Assembly (NCBI GenBank): GCA_963797555.1
Contig: CAWCPV010000004.1
Location: forward strand, 512,001 to 576,000
Reading direction: 5' to 3'
Length of the DNA stretch: 64,000 nt
From: an uncultured Gammaproteobacteria bacterium
Lineage (GTDB): Bacteria > Pseudomonadota > Gammaproteobacteria > CAWCPV01
Positions 1-8,706 of this stretch are shown here, in pieces. Numbering within the stretch: the stretch's first letter is position 1; each line of letters starts with the position of its first letter. Both the position numbers and the translations under genes were made by a program. The notes below the pieces were generated by a model, which worked only from the letters and a program-made list of their open reading frames with translations, did not search any database and was not told where the DNA came from.

Positions 1-3000
1 CACAGCGTCCGCCCGCCACGTTGAAGGAGAACCGGCCTGGGCCATAGCCGCGCATGCGCGCATCAGGCGTTGCCGCGAACAGCCGCCGGATGGCATCCCA
101 TAATCCGACATAGGTCGCCGGGCAGGAGCGCGGCGTCTTGCCGATAGGGGTCTGGTCCACCTCCAGGACGCGGCGCAGCGCTTCCCAGCCGCGAACTTCC
201 CGACACCCGTGCAGACGGGCGGCGGAGCGTGGACGTTGCCCGCGGCGGCTGTCGTGGAGCAGTTGCTTCAGGTTCTCGTGCAGTACCTCCCGTACCAGGG
301 TGCTCTTGCCGCTTCCGCTGACACCGGTCACGCACACGAGCCTCCTCAGGGGGACGCGGACTTGCAGGTCCTTCAGGTTGTGGAGAGCGGCGCCCGTGAT
401 CGCGAGATGCGGGTCGGTGTCCGGGTCGGTCGGCCTGCGCTCCATCAGCGGGTGGCGCAAGGGCTCGGCCAGAAACCGTCCGGTCACCGACTCGGGGCTG
501 CGCATCAGCTCTTCCAGGGTGCCCTCGGCGACGACGCGTCCCCCGTTGACGCCGGCCGCGGGACCGAGATCGACCACGTACTCGGCGCGGCGGATGGTGT
601 CCTCGTCGTGCTCCACCACCACCACGGTGTTGCCTTTGTCCTCCAGGCGTCCCAGGGTGTCGAGGAGCATCCGGTTGTCGCGGGGGTGCAGGCCGATGGT
701 GGGCTCGTCCAGGATGTAGCACACGCCCCGCAGGTTGGAGCCCAACTGGGATGCCAGGCGGATGCGCTGGGCCTCGCCGCCGGACAGGCTGGGGGCCGAG
801 CGCTCCAGTGCGAGATAGGAGAGTCCGACCTCCCTCAGGAAGGCCAGCCGCGACCGCAGCTCGGGGAGGATGTCCCGGGCGATCTCGGCCTCGCGCCCGC
901 GCAGCCTCAGGGAACGGAAGAACCGCTCCGCGGCCGTCACCGACATCTCGGTCAGCTCCGCGATGGAGCGCTCGCGGAAACGCACCGCCAGAGCCTCCGG
1001 GCGCAGCCGTCGCCCGTGGCAGGCCGAGCATGGCCGCTCCTGACCTTCCCACCAGTCGTTCCACCAGATCTCCTCGCCGCTCTGATCGGCCTCGAAGCCG
1101 GGCAGATCCAGCCCGGTGCCGTAACAGCGCTGGCACCAGCCGTGTTTCGAGTTGTAGGAGAACAGACGCGGGTCCAGGGCCTCGAAGCTACGCCCGCAGC
1201 CCGGGCAGGCCCGCCGGGTGGAGAACAGGGCCTCGCCCACGGTCATCGCATCCGAGGAGGGCGTTCCCTCGCCTCGCCTGCCTCGGCGCGCGCGTGCGCC
1301 CCCGGCTCCTGCGCCGCCCGCCGCCGCCACCCGCACCACCCCCTTGCCCAGGTCCAGGGCGCGCGCCAGCACCCGGCGCAGCTCCGGCTCGGCCCGGGCG
1401 CCTGCCGTGATCTCGCCGACCGGCAGCTCGATATCGTGCTCCTTGAACCGATCCAGCCTGGGCCAGGGGTCGGTAGGCGTCGGCTCGCCGTCCACCCGGA
1501 AGCTGGAAAAACCCTTGGCGGCTGCCCACTTGGCCAAGTCGGTGTAGTAGCCCTTGCGCGCCACCACCAGCGGGGCGAGCAACGACACCGTGCGGCCGCG
1601 GTAGTCGCGCAGGATACGCGCCAGGATCGTCTCGGGCGTCTGGGGCTCGATGGGCAGGTCGCAGTCCGGGCAATATTGGGTCCCCAGCTTGACGAACAGC
1701 AGCCGCAGGAAGTGGTAGATCTCGGTCATCGTGGCCACGGTGCTCTTCCTGCCGCCGCGGCTGGTGCGCTGCTCGATGGCCACCGTCGGCGGGATGCCGA
1801 AGATGGCGTCCACGTCCGGCCGCGAGGCGGGCTGCACGAACTGCCGGGCATAGGCGTTGAGGGACTCCAGGTAGCGCCGTTGGCCCTCCGCGAACAGGAT
1901 GTCGAAGGCCACCGTGCTCTTTCCGGAGCCGGAAACCCCGGTGATGACAGTGAAACGATCCTGCGGGATGCGGATGTCGACGTTCTTGAGGTTGTGCTCC
2001 CGCGCACGGTGGATGGAGACCGAGTTGTCCCTGGCGGGGCCCGCCGGGCCGCCCGTCTCCGCCACCGCGGCCGGTTCGCGCGAGGGCGCCTCGGCCGGCG
2101 GCACCGCACTGGCGCCGATGCCGGCCTGGATTTCGCGCAGCGCACGGCCGGTGTGGCTGGTGGCGTGGGCTGCGACCTCCTGGGGCGTGCCCGTGCACAC
2201 CACCTGGCCGCCCGCGTCGCCACCCTCCGGGCCGAGATCGATGATCCAGTCGGCGGCGCGGATGACCTCCAGGTTGTGCTCGATCACCAGCAGGGAGTGC
2301 CCCTCGGCAAGCAGCTTACGGAAGGCTCCGAGCAGTTTGGCGATGTCCTCGAAGTGCAGGCCCGTCGTCGGCTCGTCGAACAGGAACAGTGTCGCCCCCC
2401 GGCGCCGCCCACGGGTCTCCGCCAGATGGCCCGCCAGCTTGAGCCGCTGGGCCTCGCCTCCGGATAGCGTCGGCACCGGCTGACCGAGGCGCAGGTAGTC
2501 CAGGCCGACCGCGGCCAGAGGCTGTACCGCGCCCAGGATGTCCGCCCGGTCGGCAAAGAAGCCGACGGCCTCCGACACGGTCATGTCCAGGATGTCGGCG
2601 ACGGACCGGCCCGGCCCGCCGCCGGCGGGGAACAGCTTCACCTCCAGCACCTCGTCGCGGTAGCGCCGGCCGTTGCAGTCCGGGCAGCGCAGGTAGACGT
2701 CGCTCAGGAACTGCATCTCGACGTGCTCGAACCCGTTGCCGCCGCACGTGGGGCAGCGGCCGTTCCCGGAGTTGAAGCTGAACGTGCCGGCGGTGTAGCC
2801 GCGCTCGCGCGCCAGCGGCTCGGCCGCGAACAGCTTGCGGATGGCGTTTAGCGCGCCCACGTAGCTCGCCGGGTTCGATCGTGTGGTCTTGCCGATGGGC
2901 GACTGATCGACCAGCACCACCTCGTGGAGGTACTCGTGCCCCCGAAGGCCCCGGTGCCGCCCCGCCGCCTCCACGGGCCTGCCCTGGAGCTTGCGCAGGG

Positions 3001-4996
3001 CGTTGTAGAGCACGTCCTGGACCAGCGTGGACTTCCCGGAGCCGCTCACCCCGGTGACGCACACCAGGCGCTGGAGCGGGATGCGGAGGTCGATGTCCTT
3101 GAGGTTGTGAGCGGCGGCGCCCAGCACCTCCAAGTGAAGGGACGACGGGGCAGGGGGGATGGCTCCAGGGGCCTCGACGGTCCTGCGGCCGCTCAGGTAC
3201 TGCGCCGTCAGGGAGGCATCGGAGCGCACCAGCGCCTGCGGGGTGCCGAAGAACACCACCTCGCCGCCGCGCTCGCCGGGGCCGGGCCCCAGGTCCAGAA
3301 CGCGGTCTGCGGCGAGCATGACCTGGGGGTCGTGCTCCACCACGATGAGCGAGTTTCCCGCGTCGCGCAGGCGGTGCAGAACGCCGATGACCCTTCCCAT
3401 GTCCCGGGGGTGCAGCCCGATGCTGGGCTCGTCCAGCACGAAGAGCGTGTTCACGAGCGAGGTGCCCAGGGCCGTGGTGAGGTTGATGCGCTGCACCTCC
3501 CCGCCGCTCAGGGTGCGGGATTGGCGGTCCAGGGTGAGGTAGCCGAGGCCGACGTCCGCGAGATAGCCGAGGCGGGCGCGGATTTCCCCGAGCAGCAGCT
3601 CGGTGGCCTGGTCCAGCGGGGCGGGCAGGTGCAGGCTCGCGAAGAACTCGCGGCAGCGGGCGATAGCCAGGCACACCAGGTCGTGAAGCGTCAGGCCGGG
3701 CAGGGAGGCGTAAGCCTCGGGCGGGATCTCCAAGCCTGCCGGCCGGAACCGGTCCGCGGCGGGCAGCACCCGGCCGGCGTCCTCCCGGGTGCCGAGCCTC
3801 CACAGCAAAGCCTCGGGCTTGAGGCGTGCTCCCCGGCAGGCCGGGCACAGCTCGTAGGCCCGGTACTTGGAGAGCAGCACCCGGATGTGCATCTTGTAGC
3901 TCTTGGTCTCCAGCCACTGGAAGAAGCGGTTCACCCCGTACCAGAGGTTGTCCTCCCAGTCCCCCTCGCCCTCCAGCACCCAGCGCCGGTGCTCGGCTTC
4001 GAGATCCCGCCACGGCACGTCGGTCGGCACGCCGCGCTTCCGCGCGAAGCGCCGCAAATCCGCCTGACACTCGCGGTAGCTCTCGGTCTGCCACGGCTTG
4101 ACGGCGCCGTCCGAGAGCGTCTTCGATTCGTCCGGGACCACCAGGTCGTGGTCGATGCCCATGGTGCGGCCGAAGCCGCGGCAGGTCTCGCAGGCCCCGA
4201 TGGGCGAGTTGAAGGAGAACAGGTTGGGGACCGGGTCGCGGCAATGGAGGTCGCAGTCCGGGCAGTGCAGGTCCGCCGAGAAGCGCCAGGGGAGGGCGGA
4301 TGCGCCTTCGTCGTCCACGGAGTAAACCGCCACCCGGCCGCGCCCGTGGTGGAGCGCGGCTTCCAATGCCTCGACGATGCGCGAGCGGCGCTCGGCCGAA
4401 AGGCGCACCCGGTCCTGGACGACTTCGAGCAGCCCCGGGCTGCGCCGGTGGATCTTCGTGTAGCCCTGCTTCTCCAGCAGGGCGATCACTTCCGGCTCGG
4501 TGAAGCTCTCGGGGACCCGCACCGGAAAGGTGATCAGGGCGCGCGGCTGCCTTCCCCCCTCAGCCTTCGAGAGCAGCGCCTCGAAGATCGAATCCGGCGT
4601 ATCCCGGCGCACCGGCCGGCCGCATCCCCGGCAGAAAAGCTGCGCCGCCCGCGCGAACAGCAGCTTCAGGTGGTCGTTCAGCTCCGTCATCGTGCCCACG
4701 GTGGAGCGCGAGGTACGCACCGGGTTGGTCTGGTCGATGGCGATGGCGGGCGGGATGCCATCGATGCGCTCCGCCTGCGGCTTGTCCATGCGGTCGAGGA
4801 ACTGGCGGGCGTAGGGAGAGAAGGTCTCCACGTAGCGCCGCTGCCCCTCGGCGTAGACGGTGTCGAAGGCGAGCGACGACTTGCCCGAGCCGCTGACGCC
4901 GGTCACCACGATCAGCTCGCCGAGCGGAAGCTCCAGATCCAAGCCCTTCAGGTTGTTCTGGCGGGCGCCCCGGATGAGGATGGAATGGCTGCTCAA
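1..4996 (-). CDS. uvrA: Excinuclease ABC subunit A, double-length form (two fused UvrA units); 3' end outside window
   Basis: TTG start at 4996 reads MSSHSILIRGARQNNLKG. Walker A GVSGSGKS recurs near 4880, 3040 and 1925, LSGGE signatures near 3500, 2460 and 775, and CxxC zinc motifs are present. Absent from the ORF track because there is no stop within the window. Confidence 0.9.
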   Translation of the reverse strand, partial: MSSHSILIRGARQNNLKGLDLELPLGELIVVTGVSGSGKSSLAFDTVYAEGQRRYVETFSPYARQFLDRMDKPQAERIDGIPPAIAIDQTNPVRTSRSTVGTMTELNDHLKLLFARAAQLFCRGCGRPVRRDTPDSIFEALLSKAEGGRQPRALITFPVRVPESFTEPEVIALLEKQGYTKIHRRSPGLLEVVQDRVRLSAERRSRIVEALEAALHHGRGRVAVYSVDDEGASALPWRFSADLHCPDCDLHCRDPVPNLFSFNSPIGACETCRGFGRTMGIDHDLVVPDESKTLSDGAVKPWQTESYRECQADLRRFARKRGVPTDVPWRDLEAEHRRWVLEGEGDWEDNLWYGVNRFFQWLETKSYKMHIRVLLSKYRAYELCPACRGARLKPEALLWRLGTREDAGRVLPAADRFRPAGLEIPPEAYASLPGLTLHDLVCLAIARCREFFASLHLPAPLDQATELLLGEIRARLGYLADVGLGYLTLDRQSRTLSGGEVQRINLTTALGTSLVNTLFVLDEPSIGLHPRDMGRVIGVLHRLRDAGNSLIVVEHDPQVMLAADRVLDLGPGPGERGGEVVFFGTPQALVRSDASLTAQYLSGRRTVEAPGAIPPAPSSLHLEVLGAAAHNLKDIDLRIPLQRLVCVTGVSGSGKSTLVQDVLYNALRKLQGRPVEAAGRHRGLRGHEYLHEVVLVDQSPIGKTTRSNPASYVGALNAIRKLFAAEPLARERGYTAGTFSFNSGNGRCPTCGGNGFEHVEMQFLSDVYLRCPDCNGRRYRDEVLEVKLFPAGGGPGRSVADILDMTVSEAVGFFADRADILGAVQPLAAVGLDYLRLGQPVPTLSGGEAQRLKLAGHLAETRGRRRGATLFLFDEPTTGLHFEDIAKLLGAFRKLLAEGHSLLVIEHNLEVIRAADWIIDLGPEGGDAGGQVVCTGTPQEVAAHATSHTGRALREIQAGIGASAVPPAEAPSREPAAVAETGGPAGPARDNSVSIHRAREHNLKNVDIRIPQDRFTVITGVSGSGKSTVAFDILFAEGQRRYLESLNAYARQFVQPASRPDVDAIFGIPPTVAIEQRTSRGGRKSTVATMTEIYHFLRLLFVKLGTQYCPDCDLPIEPQTPETILARILRDYRGRTVSLLAPLVVARKGYYTDLAKWAAAKGFSSFRVDGEPTPTDPWPRLDRFKEHDIELPVGEITAGARAEPELRRVLARALDLGKGVVRVAAAGGAGAGGARARRGRRGEGTPSSDAMTVGEALFSTRRACPGCGRSFEALDPRLFSYNSKHGWCQRCYGTGLDLPGFEADQSGEEIWWNDWWEGQERPCSACHGRRLRPEALAVRFRERSIAELTEMSVTAAERFFRSLRLRGREAEIARDILPELRSRLAFLREVGLSYLALERSAPSLSGGEAQRIRLASQLGSNLRGVCYILDEPTIGLHPRDNRMLLDTLGRLEDKGNTVVVVEHDEDTIRRAEYVVDLGPAAGVNGGRVVAEGTLEELMRSPESVTGRFLAEPLRHPLMERRPTDPDTDPHLAITGAALHNLKDLQVRVPLRRLVCVTGVSGSGKSTLVREVLHENLKQLLHDSRRGQRPRSAARLHGCREVRGWEALRRVLEVDQTPIGKTPRSCPATYVGLWDAIRRLFAATPDARMRGYGPGRFSFNVAGGRC

Positions 4997-5228
4997 GCTG
5001 AGGTGTCGACGGAGTTGGAGGCACTCACGAGAAGGGATCCTCCCACGCGGGAGGATGCGTACGGCACCGGGCAGTGTAAGGGAAATGGAGGCCGGTTAGC
5101 GAGGAGGGCTGTAGCGCCAAAAGTTGTAATATCCCCTGGGCCGAGGTGCGCCAGCGTGCCGGAGTCGGTACCACAGCGCTCAACCCGTATGGTAGTCTTC
5201 GAAGAACACACTGAACACAGAGAACACC

Positions 5229-5507
5229 ATGCAAAGCAAAGGCAAGAGCGTGTCCGTACGGCTGGACGACGACACCCTGGAGCGCTTGGAAACTCTGGCT
5301 AAGACCATGGATCGTCCCCGCGCCTGGGTGATGGCTCAGGCCATCCGTCAGTATGTGGAGGCCCAGTCCTGGCAGGTCGCGGCCATCCGGCAGGCCACGG
5401 AACGAATTCACAAAGGCGAAGCGAAGTTCGCGGCGCATGAGGAGGTCGAAGCCTGGCTGGAGACCTGGGGTAACGATGATGAGAAGGCGCCCCCGGAGTG
5501 CCGCTGA
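5229..5507 (+). CDS. CopG/RHH antitoxin
   Basis: SVSVRLDDDTLERLETLAKTMDRPRAWVMAQAI RHH motif; overlaps the downstream RelE/ParE gene. Confidence 0.85.
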   Translation: MQSKGKSVSVRLDDDTLERLETLAKTMDRPRAWVMAQAIRQYVEAQSWQVAAIRQATERIHKGEAKFAAHEEVEAWLETWGNDDEKAPPECR

Positions 5508-5788
5508 GCCTGCGTTGGCAAGAAGACGCTATCGCTGACCTTCAGGCACTGCGAGCCTACATCGCACAGGATAACCCGCGGGCCGCATCACGGGTTGCAA
5601 GGCAAATACGGGAAGCGGTTGGCCGGCTGCGCGATCAACCAGCGATGGGCAGACTCGGCAGGGTGCCGAATACACGCGAGTGGGTGGTCCCCGGAACTCC
5701 CTACGTACTGGCTTACCGGGTGGACGAGAGGATGCTTACAGTGCTCCGGCTGCTTCACGGGGCGATGCGATGGCCGATGTCATTCTGA
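5498..5788 (+). CDS. RelE/ParE family toxin
   Basis: LRWQEDAIADL..YIAQDNPRAA..P.MGR.GRV..TRE..V...PY...YRV..LRLLHG pattern. Confidence 0.85.
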   Translation: MPLSLRWQEDAIADLQALRAYIAQDNPRAASRVARQIREAVGRLRDQPAMGRLGRVPNTREWVVPGTPYVLAYRVDERMLTVLRLLHGAMRWPMSF

Positions 5789-6150
5789 CGGAACTCGTCG
5801 CGAGGATTAGCGATAGTGTAGATTTGCCGACGCACGACATCTCATGCGGCGCAATACCCTGAGGCTATTGCGCCCTACGCGGGGTGTAACGCCAAGGTCG
5901 TAACGTCCCCTGGGCCAAGGTATCCGCACGCTGTGGTGCCGCGGTGCCAAGCATACCGACAAGGGTCCACCCCGTGCGTCTCATTTCGCTCCGGCGAAAT
6001 GTTTTCCGTGAGTGCCTTCATCCAGGTGGACACGTGCGACCCAGCGGGACTGGAGCGGTGGTCTGCGCCGTTGCGCCCGACCGCCTTGATCGCTTTGCGC
6101 GCGGCCACTACACTGCTCCCACCCTAGGCCGGTGAATTTCGAATCCTTTC

Positions 6151-7719
6151 ATGATGTCTGCTAAAGGGTTATGGTCTTCAGAGGTCGAAGCACTTGAAAC
6201 GGCGGTGGAAGAGGCTGCGCGCTCAACGGAAAAGGGTGTTGAACGGTTCGTTGAACCAGCGCATGGAGTACTTCGCCGGGCTGTCTCCGCGCGGAATCAC
6301 CTGATCTTCGGACGCCGCGGGTCCGGGAAGTATAGTCTCCTCCGGAAAGCCTGTGCAGAGCTCACGGTCCAGCGGCGACCAATTGCCTACGTGGACTTGG
6401 AGCCGTTCAAGGGCCATAGCTATCCAGATGTCCTGCTCAGCGTCTTAATCGAAGCCTTCGAGCGGTTTGCCGAATGGCTAGAAACTGCGGCAGTCAATCC
6501 CGCTCACAAGGCCTCCTTTTGGAAGAGGCTCTTTGGCACGAAACCGAAGCAGCCGCCCTTAAACCGGAAAGAAGCGGATAGGCTCGCCACCCAGCTCAGG
6601 TCCAAGGTAAGAGAGCTGGAAGCCGAATTACATCGACACGACTCGGTCCAAACGGAGGCGCTGGATCGGCTGGAAGCACAGAAGAATTCTGGCTCATCGA
6701 TCGGTGGACATGTTGGCACCGAACGGTTGCAAGTTCAGGCGGGGGCGAAGCAAGGCCAAAGCCACTTGGCGACGCGGGAAGTACGGCGCACATTTGCCGA
6801 CAAAAAGAGGGACTTCCTTCATCGTCACATCCAGGAATACCGACAGCTATTTCGAAGCATCTCAGAATTGGCTTGCGGCGATTGCTACCTCGTCTTGGAC
6901 GACGCGTACCACATCCGACGAGCGGACCAACCATTAGTCATCGACTATTTTCACCGCGTTTCAAAGGGAAACAGGCTGTGGCTCAAGATTGGAACAATAA
7001 GGCATCGCTCGAGTTGGTACGTGAACGGCGATCCTCCCACCGGCATGAAAATTGGCGATGACGCCGATGAAATAAGTCTTGACCTGAGCCTAGAAAAGTT
7101 TCGCAATACTCGCGATTTTCTTCTCCAGATCATAGATGGCTTCTTCAAGGCCTGTGAGTTGAGCCGCAGGGATCTTGTGACCGATGGCGCGGTTGACCGG
7201 CTTGTACTCGCGAGCGGGGGTGTTGCGAGAGACTTCCTCGGTATCTTTCGCCGGGGCATCGACCAGGCGCGAGAGCGGCACGATGATAAGCGGCCCAAGT
7301 TGAACGCTGAAGATGTCAACAATGCCGCCGGTGAGTATGACAAGTCGAAACAGCAAGAATTCCGTCGCGATACCTCCGAAGATATTTCTGAGCTAGAGAT
7401 CGAATTCGGGAGAATCCGCGACTTCTGTACTCGGCGGACCAAGAAGAACGTGTTTCTAGTAGACAAGGACTCACCAGGAACTTTTCGTGATCGATTGGAG
7501 GAACTTGTAGACTTGCGCCTAGTTCACAGAGTGAACTCTCGCGTGACCGTCAGTGGTAGGAAGAGCAAGCTGTACGAAGCTTTCATGCTTGACATCAGTC
7601 AATACACGGCTGCACGCAAGATCAGGGATTTCGAGATTATCGAATTCTGGCGCCAAGATCGGCGTGACCGCATTCGGCTGTTATCGATCATCTGCGAGCC
7701 GGAGGGGGCCTCCGTTTGA
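6151..7719 (+). CDS. P-loop NTPase (ORC/CDC6- or STAND-like), possibly defence-related
   Basis: 522-aa ORF with lower GC than its flanks; LIFGRRGSGKY (Walker A with Y in the S/T position) and LVLDD Walker B. Confidence 0.7.
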   Translation: MMSAKGLWSSEVEALETAVEEAARSTEKGVERFVEPAHGVLRRAVSARNHLIFGRRGSGKYSLLRKACAELTVQRRPIAYVDLEPFKGHSYPDVLLSVLIEAFERFAEWLETAAVNPAHKASFWKRLFGTKPKQPPLNRKEADRLATQLRSKVRELEAELHRHDSVQTEALDRLEAQKNSGSSIGGHVGTERLQVQAGAKQGQSHLATREVRRTFADKKRDFLHRHIQEYRQLFRSISELACGDCYLVLDDAYHIRRADQPLVIDYFHRVSKGNRLWLKIGTIRHRSSWYVNGDPPTGMKIGDDADEISLDLSLEKFRNTRDFLLQIIDGFFKACELSRRDLVTDGAVDRLVLASGGVARDFLGIFRRGIDQARERHDDKRPKLNAEDVNNAAGEYDKSKQQEFRRDTSEDISELEIEFGRIRDFCTRRTKKNVFLVDKDSPGTFRDRLEELVDLRLVHRVNSRVTVSGRKSKLYEAFMLDISQYTAARKIRDFEIIEFWRQDRRDRIRLLSIICEPEGASV

Positions 7720-8189
7720 ATTCGGACCCGGCTCCGCTCGGCGACCGTGGGGACGGTTTGTGCGGGGACTACGGCGCGAAATGCTGGAAGCCTGCGCCAC
7801 CGCCCCTTAGAGCTATCGGGGGATCTCGTTGCCCATCCGGCTGCTATATTGCGAGGGCCAGCCCTACTGCGGTCACTGCAAGACGGGCACTTCGACAGCC
7901 TCAGGACAGGGCATGGGACCAGACTGGCGCGATGTCTCCTCCATTACCGGCAGGAAGCTATACCGGTACTCGAGGCCGCAGAGGACACCAACGGATCCCG
8001 TACGCCGCGCTGGCGCAATAATTCTACAACTGGTCCAGCGCCGCATGCACCGCGAGGTCCGGCGGCCAGCAGATGTGCTGTTGTGCCGATGGGGTTCCTG
8101 AGTCGCCATGGTGCCGTTCCCCGCCCAGGCGGGAGTTACTGCCCTCCCTGAGCGCGGCAACGCGGATCGGATCGGTGAGGGACTGTGCA

Positions 8190-8443
8190 GACCGCGTAGG
8201 GCGAGGCGCCTCGGGGCTCACGCCCGGGAGGCGCCTCTATTTTGTATATGCCCGACGGGCTGCCCCGGAGGGCCTTCCGTGCGGACGGGACTCGCCTGCG
8301 CCATCTTCAACCCTTCGCCTCGGGCCGCAAACCGTGGTCGGCGGCCATTTCCGGAAGCGCTGCCCGGGCCGGTGAGGGTGGGGGCGCCCGCAACCGGTCG
8401 GTGGACAACACACGAGACGACCGGCGCCGTTGAAGGGGGGTAA
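8190..8443 (-). ncRNA. Putative structured DGR spacer (Sp) RNA downstream of TR
   Basis: Non-coding GC-rich stretch directly 3' of TR with several inverted repeats, ending in a GAGGCGCCTC...GAGGCGCCTC stem; occupies the position of Sp in DGRs. Confidence 0.5.
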
Positions 8444-8579
8444 AGATGTGGGACGCGCACACCAGCCGAAAACCCAGATTGTCGTTGCGGTTGTCGGGGG
8501 TGTTGTGGTTGCGGTAAGCCGCGCGCGCGTTGTCCGGATTGTTGTTCCAGGAGCCGCCGCGCACCACCCGTTGCTCGTT
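8444..8579 (-). repeat. DGR template repeat (TR)
   Basis: AAC-rich copy (TGG AAC AAC AAT CCG GAC AAC ... CGC AAC CAC AAC ACC CCC GAC AAC CGC AAC GAC AAT) of the target gene's 3' end; all 22 hand-counted substitutions versus VR fall on TR adenines. Confidence 0.95.
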
Positions 8580-8614
8580 GCCAGGGAGCCCCACCGGCCG
8601 AGGCCGGCGCGATG

Positions 8615-8643
8615 ATTGTGCCACGATCCCGGCGAGCCCGCAA
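8615..8643 (-). promoter_or_regulatory. Putative sigma70 promoter driving TR RNA
   Basis: Minus strand TTGCGG-17 nt-CACAAT with an extended -10 TG, about 35 nt upstream of TR. Confidence 0.5.
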
Positions 8644-8654
8644 AAAATCGCGCG

Positions 8655-8691
8655 GAGCGCGCTGCGCGCGCTCAATGCCGCTCACGCGGCA
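8655..8691 (-). promoter_or_regulatory. Twin GC hairpins downstream of VR (DGR target-recognition hairpins)
   Basis: TGCCGC-GTGA-GCGGCA (8676-8691) and GAGCGCGC-GCA-GCGCGCTC (8655-8673), just after the target stop codon. Confidence 0.75.
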
Positions 8692-8706
8692 CCCAGTGGT
8701 CAGGGA

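Noticed and set aside
209-5302. Long plus-strand ORFs (752 aa, 792 aa) and similar overlapping ORFs elsewhere
   Set aside because: Antisense shadows of high-GC genes such as uvrA.
7720-8190. DGR RT remnant downstream of TR (HAALDQL)
   Set aside because: Only a short chance-level resemblance; no D..YF, G.P.G or Y.DD motif found.
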